Source: Euprymna scolopes
Taxonomy: Eukaryota
NCBI GenBank assembly: GCA_053919585.1
Contig: CM132805.1
DNA length: 64,000 bases
Reading direction: 5' to 3' (one strand)
Made by a program: the position numbers and the translations under genes. Within the stretch, counting starts at the first letter, position 1. The number at the start of each line of letters is the position of its first letter. The notes under the pieces were generated by a model. It made no database searches and had not been told where the DNA came from. It saw only the letters and a list, made by a program, of their open reading frames with translations. This document shows, in pieces, positions 1-13,966 of this stretch.

Positions 1-545
1 TTTACTGTTTTGTTTGAAACCTGCCTTATTCTAGGGAAAGTTTAGAATATTAGCAACGTTTTTCTCCACATGAAAATAAAAAAATTTTTTTTTTAAATTG
101 AGTAATTACTTTGCCGTCCATGATAATTTAAACATGTATAAGCTGATTATTTAAAAATTAATATTGTGTTGGACTTTTACGTACACGGTGTCATAAATAT
201 CTAACCAAAACAGTGAAAAGAATTTTAGTATTAATTCTTATCAGATTTTCCACATGTATGCGAACAAAAGAATTAAACATTACAAACAAAAATATAACAA
301 TATTTTAAAAAAATATATATAACGATCTGACAAGCAAGCAATAAAACAAAAAACAAAAACAAATAAAAACCAAAATAATAACAAGTAAATGATAACAAGA
401 CATACCAACAATTACAAAAAATATTACAAGTAAACAATAAAAAATATTAAAAAGTAAAGAAAAGAAAATAATAAGTGAATAAAACAAGTAAATAATAAAA
501 TAAATTTACAATAATCAAACAATAAAACAAAAAATAAAACAATAG

Positions 546-2582
546 TTTCACAAGTGAACAATAAAATAATTTAACAAGTGAACAATGAAATGATTTCACA
601 AGTGAACGATAAAATGATTTCACAAGTGAACAATAAAATGATTTCACAATTGAACAATAAAATGATTTCACAAGTGAACAATAAAATGATTTCACAAGTG
701 AACAATAAAATGATTTCACAAGTGAACAATGAAATGATTTCACAAATGAACAATAAAATAATTTCACAAGTGAACAATAAAATAATTTCACAAGTGAACA
801 ATAAAATGATTTCACAAGTGAACAATAAAATGATTTCACAAGTGAACAATAAAATAATTTCACAAGTGAACAATGAAATGATTTCACAAGTGAACAATAA
901 AATAATTTCACAAGTAAACAATAAAATAATTTCACAAGTGAACAATAAAATAATTTCACAAGTGAACAATAAAATGATTTCACAAGTGAACAATAAAATG
1001 ATTTCACAAGTGAACAATAAAATGATTTCACAAGTGAACAATAAAATAATTTCACAAGTGAACAAAAAATAATTTCACAAGTGAACAATAAAATAATTTC
1101 ACAAGTGAACAATAAAATAATTTCACAAGTGAACAATAAAATAATTTCACAAGTGAACAATAAAATGATTTCACAAGTAAACAATAAAATAATTTCACAA
1201 GTAAACAATAAAATAATTTCACAAGTGAACAATAAAATAATTTCACAAGTGAACAATGAAATAATTTCACAAGTAAACAATAAAATAATTTCACAAGTGA
1301 ACAATAAAATAATTTCACAAGTAAACAATAAAATAATTTTACAAGTGAATAATGAATTGATTTCACAAGTAAACAATAAAATAATTTCACAAGTGAACAA
1401 TAAAATGATTTCACAAGTGAACAATAAAATAATTTCACAAGTGAATAATGAAATGATTTCACAAGTGAACAATGAAATAATTTCACAAGTAAACAATAAA
1501 ATAATTTCACAAGTGAATAATAAAATGATTTCACAAGTGAACAATAAAATAATTTCACAAGTAAACAATAAAATAATTTCACAAGTGAATAATGAAATGA
1601 TTTCACAAGTGAACAATAAAATAATTTCACAAGTGAACAATAAAATAATTTCACAAGTGAACAATGAAATAATTTCACAACTAAACAATAAAATAATTTC
1701 ACAAGTGAACAATAAAATGATTTCACAAGTGAACAATAAAATAATTTTACAAGTGAATAATGAAATGATTTCACAAGTAAACAATAAAATAATTTCACAA
1801 GTAAACAATAAAATGATTTCACAAGTAAACAATAAAATGATTTCACAAGTGAACAATAAAATAATTTCACAAGTAAACAATAAAATAATTTCACAAGTGA
1901 ACAATAAAATAATTTTACAAGTGAATAATGAAATGATTTCACAAGTAAACAATAAAATGATTTCACAAGTAAACAATACAATAATTTCACAAGTGAACAA
2001 TAAAATAATTTCACAAGTAAACAATAAAATGATTTCACAAGTGAACAATAAAATAATTTCACAAGTAAACAATAAAATAATTTCACAAGTGAACAATAAA
2101 ATAATTTCACAAGTAAGCAATAAAATAATTTCACAAGTAAACAAAATAATTTCACAAGTGAACAATAAAATAATTTCACGAGTAAACAATAAAATAATTT
2201 CACGAGTAAACAATAAAATAATTTCACAAGTAAGCAATAAAATAATTTCACAAGTAAACAATAAAATAATTTCACAAGTAAACAATAAAATAATTTCACA
2301 AGTAAACAATAAAGTAATTTCACAAGTAAACAAACAATAAAATAATTTCACAAGTAAACAATAAAATAATTTCACAAGTAAGCAATAATATAATTTCATA
2401 AGTAAACAAAATAATTTCACAAGTAAACAATAAAATAATTTCACAAGTAAACAATAAAATAATTTCACAAGTGAACAATAAAGTAATTTCACAAGTAAAC
2501 AAACAATAAAATAATTTCACAAGTAAACAAAATAATTTCACAAGTAAACAATAAAATAATTTCACAAGTAAACAATAAAATA
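546..2582. repeat. 24-bp minisatellite (TTTCACAAGTGAACAATAAAATAA), about 85 copies
   Basis: Direct tandem periodicity; explains the ISQVNNKI/LLFTCEII ORFs. Confidence 0.97.
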
Positions 2583-2624
2583 TTCAAAAAATCAAACAAT
2601 AAAATAATGCAGAATATCCCACTT

Positions 2625-3054
2625 GAAAGAAACTCGATCTCGCTAATCTTTCTCTTATAGACCAACTGACACCACAAGACAAAATTAAATTATTTTTCCA
2701 ACAAGATGGCGCAACATGCCACACGATTCACAGATCACTGACAGGAGTTCATGACATGTTTACGAACGAGAGAATAATAAGCAAAAGGTTATGGCCACCA
2801 TGAACAAAAGGGTTATGCAAATAATCGTCGCAATCTAAACCAATTAAAGAAGAATAATGCTATCAGGAGAATCACCACAGAAGATCTACAGGCAGTACCT
2901 GTAAACGTTTTTAAACGCGCCCAGAAATACATAGATGTCAACGGGGAGCACTTCCAGCATCTTTTTTTTAACACTACAGGTAATTAAAACTATGAAAGAG
3001 TGTTCGTCCTTTCTACTACATTTTATGCGCTACTTTTAAGTGGGACACCTTGTA
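2625..3054 (+). mobile_element. Tc1/mariner-superfamily transposase 3' fragment with terminal repeat end
   Basis: YFFQQDGATCHT...ERIISKRLWPP translation; ends tgggacaccttg-TA. Confidence 0.75.
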
Positions 3055-3312
3055 TTAGAAGTAAAAAAAACAGTAATCAGCAAAGCAGTATTACATATAA
3101 GCAATAAAAATAAAACAATACTGCAAGCAAACAATAAAACACCATAACAATGTAACGAGTCAAAATTAACACAATATTACGTGCAAACAATGTTGCAAGT
3201 AATCAACAAAACCAGCATCAATACAACAATGTGTCTTTGTAGCATTCAACTTACAAATTGATTAAAATAAATATAAGTCACATAATGTAACTGTGATTTG
3301 AACAATACTTAC

Positions 3313-3420
3313 ATTGGCATCTTAGTCCAGTGTAGCCCGCCACACAGTAGCATCTGTATGATGCCAAATGTCGTGTACATGTGCCGCCATTAAAACAACG
3401 GTAAAACCTGCAATCAGTAC
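3313..3420 (-). CDS. EGF-repeat gene, exon H (TDCRFYRCFNGGTCTRHLASYRCYCVAGYTGLRCQ)
   Basis: 108 nt, cag acceptor, gtaagt donor, phase 1-1. Confidence 0.93.
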
Positions 3421-3679
3421 CTGAAAAAAAAATCATAAGTGCTGTTTGGATATTTACATGAGATTCCTTAATCAATATTTAAATTATATAGAAAAAAAGG
3501 CAAGCATGAAAAGTAATATGGTTAAGATTAAACTTAGAAAAGTAAAAGTACTAGTTGTTAAAACTGGAAAAGAAAAAGAAAAGATATTCTTGTAAAAAAC
3601 ATAACTTTATAACTTAAAATATTGCAACATTAAGCATTTTATTTAGAAATTCACTTAACATTATTCTTAATTATATGGT

Positions 3680-4290
3680 GAAAAGATGGTTCTCCCAAGT
3701 GTTCCAGATATTGGTGTGCTGTCTTTCACGCCGCAAAATCGCCTGTACACCCACGCAAGATTATGCTTTATATCTGGTGGACAGGTCGTCAAGTAGTTCA
3801 TCATTAACTACTACTAACAGGGCAAATGATCACCGGAGATCTTTACTCACAGAAATTGAAACGCGTGCAAGAGACATTTCGCCAGAAGAGCAAGCACTGA
3901 CGAATCGTAGAGGAGTGCTTTTTCTCCATGGCAGCACTAAGCTGTATGTCGCGCCCGTGGTTGAGGATACCATACAGCAATTTAGGTTGGAGACTTTGTG
4001 CCATCCAGCTTATTAGCCTGGCCTTGCGCCATCCGATTGCCACTTCTTACACTCCCGAGATAATCATCTTCGTAGGAAATCCTTCATCAATAAAGTAGAC
4101 TTGCGACAAAACTTTAACGGACGTTTTTGCGTCCAAACTTTCCAAGTTCTTCCGCAACAGGATTAAACAGCTGGAGACGTTGGTAAAAGATGCTGGATGT
4201 TGATGACGATTACTTCGAAAGCTAACTCTAAATTACACATACTGTGAAGCGTTTTCATTTTCTTTCTTTTAAAATGAACTTTTATTTTTG
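3680..4290 (+). mobile_element. Degenerate mariner (DD34D-type) transposase fragment
   Basis: NRRGVLFLH...LETLCHPAY*PGLAPSDCHF matches the mariner HPPYSPDLAPSDYHLF motif. Confidence 0.8.
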
Positions 4291-5765
4291 GTATATCTTT
4301 AAATTGATTTCTGAAATAACTTTAAATATTATACCGGCGTTGTTCTTGTGGCATATTAAAAAAAACAAACTAATAAGCTCAAATTGTTAATTCAACAACT
4401 ACGATTTTAATCATCCTACAACAACTGTTTCCGACTCGTTCAAATAGATGGCTTAATCACAATTTAAGAACATTAGAAGAGATATAAAATAGTTTTGTCT
4501 ATAGTCAAGATTGTCATGTTCTTTTTTACTTCCGGTTTTTATTTGTTTGGCTGAATAATTAGACATGGCCCAGCAATCAAGAAAACCATTCCTAACGCAG
4601 CGAAGTTGGGAGGAGTTAACGTTATTTGAGAGGAAGGTAATTATTAATCAGAATGGAACATATCTTGATTGTCCATGTCTTCCAAGTAAAAAATAAACAA
4701 ACAATTTTGACGATAACCGAATTTTTGCTTCTCCTGATTCAAACTTCTAAAACGTTGTATTTTATTGTTACTTGATGAGTTTATTTGTATCCCTTCTCTT
4801 TGGCGGGTAGCAGAAAGAAACATATATGCTTGGATCGAATTTTAAAATTTTAAAACATTTTGAAAGAAACATGCATAATTTTGAGTTGCTTTTTTGTGTT
4901 AATATAATTTGAACATAATAACCGCATACACATGTCTCAGTTTCCTTCCGTTTTTACTTCATTTTTTTAAATGAATTTTAACGTTACTTTTAATACCAGG
5001 CAACGCCGGGTACATATTCTAGTTTTAATTATAACACGGCTAATCTTGCCGCATGACTTTTAACTGATAGAACTTAAATTTCAAATTAAATTGCTCGTTT
5101 TAATATACACGAATATATTTAGTAATTTGATGTGTTATTTTTCCTCTATGTTTATGTGAAATCATCGAAGGAAGAAAAGTAAAGATTTACTTTGCAGAAT
5201 AAAATAAGGAATTGATATTTCCGCCTTATCTAATTAAACTACTTAATTATATATATTAGATTATTCAGCTGTTGTTTCGATCTAATTTCTGAACCGATGG
5301 AACTTGAATTGGACAAAACTACTGTGATAGGAGATAGATTCAATATTATCAGAGAGCACTGTAGAATGAAATATATGAGAAACCATTTTTGAAACGAAAT
5401 TCAAATTTCAGTAAACGAAACTGATATAAAAAATATTTCGGACAAATCAAGCCTTCATCAATAAGTTATAGGCATTTTTTTCCTTTATTATTTTTTGTCA
5501 TCTATAATGGTGAACGCCGAATATAGCTATTCTCTTCTGGTGTCAAATGAAGACGGCTTTTAATGTTTTGAGTTTGTGCAGAGAGAACATTACCGACGTG
5601 TGTAATAGATTCAATAATTTTACACCAGAAATTACAGTAAAATGAAAACTATAAAGAATCTTTTTGAAAACTAAATTCTGTGCTAGAAGATTATTTTTAA
5701 TAAATTAAAACAATATGAACTAATTGTTTCGGCCAACTTAAGCCTTCATCAATAAGTAATTTTTT

Positions 5766-5878
5766 AAATACCTGCAATCAGTACCCAAAAAAGAAAACAA
5801 ACAAAAAAAAAGACCGAAACATGGACATTATTTTAGTATTAAAAATATATTCCTTTTATCAATATTTCAACGAATAAG
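5766..5878 (-). pseudogene. Remnant of another EGF exon 5' end (GT ACT GAT TGC AGG TAT = TDCRY) with upstream intron
   Basis: Exon-start 14-mer identical to exon H start; acceptor reads tgg instead of ag; flank atcaatatttcaacgaataag shared with the intron upstream of exon G. Confidence 0.7.
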
Positions 5879-7286
5879 CAAAATCTAAATCCTGGAACGA
5901 ACAAGAAATAAGATGGGGCATTCTTAGAATATTGGCTAAAGGTCAGGTCCATTAGAGGTGACGTCAGCAAACGTCACGTTTATTAAATCCAACAATCATC
6001 ATTTTGTAGTTGTATGATAATTTAAACGTCTTTTTTAAATATTAAAAAAAGCATTCTGGTATTCCCATATTCCTCGAATACAATTAGAATGCCCCATTGA
6101 ATTTAAATGGAATGCACTTTTATGTTTAAAATCTAGTGTATTATGTTAGAATTAGTTGGTGGTTAGAAATGAATCAAGAAGTGGTGGTGGTGTAGAAATA
6201 ATTATACCTGTCAAGGAAGTAACACGGTGACGTGAAGTGAGAGTACTTAATGGATAGAGAGTGAAACTGTCTGGTACATTTTTTTAGGAATACGTATTTG
6301 GGAGAGGCAGTTTGTTTGGAATAAATAAAATAATTTTAAAATGGGGATGAAATGTATACATAGTTGCGCGAAACACACTTTATGAAATACTGTAACTGAT
6401 GAATGGAAAGATTTGATTAAGAAATGTTCGCTTGTTTTCATATTGAAAATGTAAATTTATGGAAGTCTCTGGCCCATTTTATTAATATAGTAAATCAAAT
6501 TTATGGTTTTGTTCAAATATTAAATGCAATTATGAGAATGGACCGAAGATTCACGTATTTTTACGAAAAATAAATATTAGTTTAGTGATTAACTACACTC
6601 GAAAGGGAACATTATATTAGTAAATTCATTTACAAGCTATTCATTTTTACATGATAAGTGTTTATTTAAAATGTGGTTTAAAAATCAAGTTCGTAACATA
6701 TAAATCGAACATATGTTAACAATAATGTAACAATACGATATCCAGCGATAATTACTGTTTTTTTTTTTTAATATTAAAAAGCTGAATTTGTAGATGAAAC
6801 AAAATATATTCCGAGTTGATTAATCACATAACAATTCACTTTACATCTTTCAAATTAATATTTTTGAAATTATTCGAATGTGTATGAAAAACTAAAACTA
6901 AAACAGTATCGAAAGAAAACGATACATAGTACATGTTCACACGGGACCCACACGTTGTATGCAGTCTACGTCGCAAAGGAACATAAGACAAGTAATAACT
7001 CGGTTTCTGTATTTTTGTTACATCGACACTTATTTCCTCATTCTCCCATCACGCGTGACTTCCCGTTACGGGTGTAACGTCACTCACGTCTCAAACGTGA
7101 TCGACTCTCCTTTTTATAGTCGTCTTTTTTCTTTACCGTTACGTCATTTCGCATACGACTCGGTATTTGTGTGTTACAAAAGAAAAAGATGACAACACAA
7201 CGAAACAGACTGAAATTATTCAAAATTAAAATGGAATAAAATAAGTGTTAGTTAAATAATGTAATTGAATTTTCAATAAAACTTAC

Positions 7287-7394
7287 GTCCGCATCGCGGA
7301 CCAGTATAACCTCGTCGGCAAATGCACTTATATGAGCGTCCAAATGATCTGCAAATGCCGCCATTAAAACAGCGTAAAAATCTGCAATCAATAA
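7287..7394 (-). CDS. EGF-repeat gene, exon G (IDCRFLRCFNGGICRSFGRSYKCICRRGYTGPRCG)
   Basis: 108 nt, cag acceptor, gtaagt donor; not in ORF track. Confidence 0.93.
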
Positions 7395-7557
7395 CTGAAA
7401 GAAAAAAAAACAACAACAACATCATAACAATTTTTTTAATATAATTTTTTTTTTATAATCAATATTTCAACGAATAAGTTCCATGACTAAGAAAAAGTTT
7501 AAACACTAACAAACAGTGAACAAGTACGAATACTATTGAGATGCCATTTATATTTAT

Positions 7558-7915
7558 TAAAGACAAATGTCAACGTTCACAATAGGGATCCACAAAATAT
7601 TCAACAACTAAGGGAGTTCTGCAAAGAAGAATAGCGCAAAATACCGGCAAATCTTTGGAAAACATGTGTGCAACTATAGAAAGCGACTGGAAGCTGTTGA
7701 ACGCAACCAAATATTAAGTCAATGTATCCAACACTTTTGCGTTTGTGAATTTATATTTTTCCTTAAATATAAACAGTCTAAACTTTGATTTTGTAATTAC
7801 TACCCCGAATATTAGTTAGAATAGTAATAGGAATATACTGACCAAATGTTTGGTAAAATCTTAAACCTTAATTCGAGTTATGAATAAAAAATAATGTATC
7901 CAATACTTTTGCGTG

Positions 7916-7921
<6 letters not shown>
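7558..7921 (+). mobile_element. Tc1 3' fragment with IR/DR terminal repeat, same family as 11748-13916
   Basis: Reverse-complement match to 11748-12130; ends in (TA)n. Confidence 0.85.
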
Positions 7922-7964
<43 letters not shown>

Positions 7965-8107
7965 ATTGTTGTTATTTTTCAAGTGATAACTACGGTTAAT
8001 ATTGGCGCCGCCTCGGAGCTCATTTTTTTATTTACTTAGAAAGTCGCCCTTTTTAATTTGGACGTACATAACATTTTTATTTATTTTATTATTTTTAAAA
8101 CAGTAAT

Positions 8108-8152
8108 CTACGTACACGCGTGTTTCAAGGTTTTTACCTCTCATCAGCGTAG
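8108..8152 (-). ncRNA. Minimal type I hammerhead ribozyme
   Basis: ctacg-CTGATGA-gagg taaaaa cctt-GAAA-c acgcgt g-TA-cgtag: 5-bp stem I, stem II, palindromic stem III, GUA cleavage triplet. Confidence 0.88.
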
Positions 8153-8157
8153 TTTAA

Positions 8158-8228
8158 CTGTTTCTAGGGATCGAACCTCAGACCATGTTTACCACAGTCT
8201 GGTGCCTTAACCGTTAGGCCATTATACT
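8158..8228 (-). promoter_or_regulatory. tRNA-derived Pol III promoter (SINE-type head) immediately upstream of the hammerhead
   Basis: A box TGGCCTAACGG, anticodon-like arm cagactgtggtaaac, B box GGTTCGATCC; acceptor stem does not pair. Confidence 0.7.
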
Positions 8229-8297
8229 GTTTATTTTTATCGCTTATAAATTTAGATTTTGTTATTGTTGTTATTTTTCAAGCGATATATATATATT

Positions 8298-8532
8298 ATA
8301 CTTGTTTATTGTTATATAAACATGCTCACATCCCGCTGCTACAAATAGCCATTTGTTTCAATCAAACAACAGATATCATCAGGCAGCGACTTGACTATTC
8401 AAAAGTTCAATGAAGTTCATTGAACTTTTGAATAGTCAAGTCGCTGCCTGATGATATCTGTTGTTTGATTGAAACAAGTGGCTATTTATAGCAGCGGGAT
8501 GTGAGCATGTTTATATAACAATAAACAAGTAT
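8298..8532. mobile_element. Fold-back palindrome (centre 8415) carrying two hammerheads; probable Penelope-like element end
   Basis: 117-bp arms with about 2 mismatches; hammerheads at 8334-8388 (-) and 8442-8496 (+). Confidence 0.8.
8334..8388 (-). ncRNA. Type I hammerhead ribozyme
   Basis: cgctgc-CTGATGA-tatc tgttgttt gatt-GAAA-caaat ggct atttg-TA-gcagcg; 6-bp stem I, 5-bp stem III; U.U mismatch at base of stem II. Confidence 0.75.
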
Positions 8533-8611
8533 TATCAGCTCTTTTTATTGAGCACTATCTAACAACCTCGTTGAATTCATTAGGCCATTACTTTTGAATA
8601 AAAAAACCCGA

Positions 8612-8670
<59 letters not shown>

Positions 8671-8673
<3 letters not shown>

Positions 8674-8947
8674 CTCTTTCAGTCTCTGACAGACTATGGA
8701 TACCCACATAGGGGGTGCTTGCGCGTGAAGTTTTTGTGGCAAGAGGTACTCAATCTCCAACTGCACCTCTCCTGGGTCGACATTGTTAAATACGAATGGC
8801 AAGTGAAGTGTATGTACAGGACGACTGGAAATAAATGCCGAGATAAGCAGAGAGAACATGGAGCGCCTCGAATTCCCAAATGGTCACCGATCTGGTACTT
8901 ACCAGGCTAAACTTCGGTGATCTGACGAGAACTGGTGTGTCCACGCG

Positions 8948-8950
<3 letters not shown>
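8671..8950 (-). mobile_element. 5S rRNA-derived SINE (SINE3-like) embedded in (TA)n
   Basis: 8862-8949 reverse complement reads acaccagttctcgtcagatcaccgaagtt...ctggtaagtacc.gatcggtgacc...tgggaat, collinear with metazoan 5S rRNA with an internal deletion, followed by ~190 bp of non-5S body. Confidence 0.8.
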
Positions 8951-9026
<76 letters not shown>

Positions 9027-9125
9027 AATCAAATATCCTCTTGCTGTTATTTCCGATCATTTGGAATTTTGTCTCCTCTCCATCAAGGCCAGAGTTTTGA
9101 AGGAAATATATATATTTTTTATGAT

Positions 9126-9190
<65 letters not shown>

Positions 9191-9193
<3 letters not shown>

Positions 9194-9576
9194 TGAAAGT
9201 GTGTGTCTGTGTACATTTCCCTACGCAATAACTCTGTCAATTTTTAGTGTACAGACTCGAAATTTGATATACAGGGTACTGAGTTTTGGGAAAATCGATG
9301 TGATCGGGTTTCGGCCAGAAATTTGGTGATCAAGGGGTCAATGTTCAACAGTTTGACCTTTGAGAACTCTACCAAACTCCTCCAACAATTTTGGGTCTAA
9401 ACACTTGACGTTTTAGATATTGGTTACTTGGACATGGATCTAATGTAATAACTTGATTTTAGCCTAAAACAATAAATATTCACATTAGGGGTCAAAGTTA
9501 AAAAAAAAATTACCGTTTTTTTTTTTTGCTCAGCATACACCTGCAAACACCCGGGCAACGCCGGGCACCCATGCTA

Positions 9577-9577
<1 letters not shown>
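9191..9577 (+). mobile_element. Non-autonomous Helitron-like element
   Basis: 3' hairpin cccgg gcaacg ccggg then CTAG|T; homologous to 43671-44106. Confidence 0.8.
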
Positions 9578-9656
<79 letters not shown>

Positions 9657-9894
9657 ATTTGTTTTTGTTAGTGATACTCTTTGAATAAATTTGATTATTT
9701 ATACGAATGTGGATTTTTACCTAAATGCCATTTGGATATAATTTTTCCTTTGGCTAATTTGGTATCCCCTTAATGGGGAGCGGCATATATATTATTTTTA
9801 AAATATAATTATCCACTGACACGTGTTTCTGCGTCTACGACTCAAAGTGACTGAATCTAGCGAGATTCGAAAACGGAACCCCATGATATCACAC

Positions 9895-10700
9895 AAATAT
9901 CTAAAGAAAATGATATCAAACGATATCGCAATAAAACAAAAGCACAAGAAAACGATGTCACAGTAAAACGAGGTCAAAAGTAAACGATATCACAATAAGA
10001 AATATCTAAAGAAAACGATATTAAAATAAACGATATCGCAATAAAACAAAATAAAAAATAAACGATAGAAAACGATATCACAATAAAACAACATCAAAAT
10101 AAACGATATCACAATAAAACAGCATCAAAATAAACGATATCACAATAAAACAGCATCAAAATAAACGATATCACAATAAAACAGCATTAAAATAAACGAT
10201 ATCACAATAAAACAGCATCAAAATAAACGATATCACAATAAAACATCAAAATAAACGATATCACAATAAAACATCATCAAAATAATCGATATCACAATAA
10301 AACAACATCAAAATAAACGATATCACAATAAAACAGCATCAAAATAAACGATATCACAATAAAACAGCATCAAAATAATCGATATCACAATAAAACAACA
10401 TCAAAATAAACGATATCACAATAAAACAAAATCAAAATAATCGATATCACAATAAAACAAAATCAAAATAAACGATATCACAATAAAACAAAATAAAAAA
10501 ATAAACGATAGAAAACGATATCACAATAAAACAACATCAAAATAAACGATATCACAATAAAACAGCATCAAAATAAACGATATCACAATAAAACAAAATA
10601 AAAATAAACGATATCACAATAAAACATCAAAAGTAAACGATATCACAATAAAACAACATCAAAAGTAAACGATATCACAATAAAAAATATCTAAAGAAAA
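9895..10700. repeat. ~31-bp minisatellite (AAACGATATCACAATAAAACAGCATCAAAAT)
   Basis: Tandem periodicity with degenerate edges. Confidence 0.93.
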
Positions 10701-10822
10701 CAATAAACAATATGAAATAACGTGACATGTCTGAATTTTTCAAACATAGAATTGAATAAAAAAAAACATTAAAGTTAATAAGTAAAGTTAAATAATGTAG
10801 TTGAAGTTTCAACAAAACTTAC

Positions 10823-10930
10823 GTTCGCATCTTGTTCCAGTGTAACCTGACCGACAAATGCATTTGTTTGAGAGTCCAGTTGATCGACAGATCCCACCGT
10901 TATAACAGCGGAAATACCGACAATCAGTAA
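10823..10930 (-). CDS. EGF-repeat gene, exon F (TDCRYFRCYNGGICRSTGLSNKCICRSGYTGTRCE)
   Basis: 108 nt, poly-T + cag acceptor, gtaagt donor. Confidence 0.93.
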
Positions 10931-11609
10931 CTGCCAAAAAAAAAAAAAAAAAAGAAAAAAAAGACAAAAAAAACAGCAACAATGAAATAAACAAACAAAA
11001 CAGAACAATTGTTTTAATATGAAAAAAAAAACATTCTTTCAATTCTATTGTCAAATCTTTTAAAGAAATATTTATATATTTCTTGTAAACAGAAAAAAGA
11101 ATAACCATTATTTTTGTTTCGAATTGTAAAGACAATTATAAAAATTTGTATTATTTGGATTCATTGGATTACTGTTCTCATCTTTAGTGTGATTTTCACA
11201 ACATTTCGATGTAACCTTCGATTTTCTTCAGGTGTATCTTGTCGAACTCGCAAATGTTTGTGTCGAACTCGGGAATTTGGACGGAATAACTGGACAGAGG
11301 TCCTAAATAATTCGCAATTGTACTTTTTCTCCCGTACTGAAGATTTAACCTTCAACCTTCAGGAGAATATTTTTACAATTGATTTTTTCAAGTATTCTAA
11401 TAACTACGCTATCGGTCCGCAAGGACAAGTATTCAAAAAGAAAAGTGTATGTTTTGCTTGCGTTAAATAATAAATATCGCGGTTTATCAGGGATTTCAAA
11501 GGCTAAACTTCGTTTATTATTTTATTTTTAATAATTTTACATATTTATTTAGACACAAAAAAATCAAGAAATTCAAAAAATATTTTTATATATAATAGTA
11601 ATATGCATA

Positions 11610-11747
11610 CATATGTATATACATATTAATATGTATATACATATTAATATGTATATACATATTAATATGTATATACATATTAATATGTATATACATATTA
11701 ATATGTATATACATACTAATATGTATATACATATTAATATGTATATA
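11610..11747. repeat. 18-bp tandem repeat (ATGTATATACATATTAAT)
   Basis: About 7.5 copies; source of the MYIHIN ORF. Confidence 0.95.

Positions 11748-13960
<2,213 letters not shown>

Positions 13961-13966
<6 letters not shown>

Noticed and set aside
447-2565. Long ORFs (681, 423, 419 aa) of LLFTCEII / ISQVNNKI repeats
   Set aside because: By-product of a 24-bp satellite open in several frames on both strands, with frameshifting unit variants; intronic
546-2582. CRISPR-like regular repeat array
   Set aside because: Contiguous units with no unique spacers; eukaryotic context; no cas genes
8880-9329. YIYI/CVCV ORFs here and elsewhere
   Set aside because: (TA)n and (TG)n microsatellites
9812-9860. 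Hammerhead-like remnant (GAAA-cacgtg-TC-agtg on - strand); similar relic at 15505-15548
   Set aside because: CUGANGA core broken; not callable as a ribozyme
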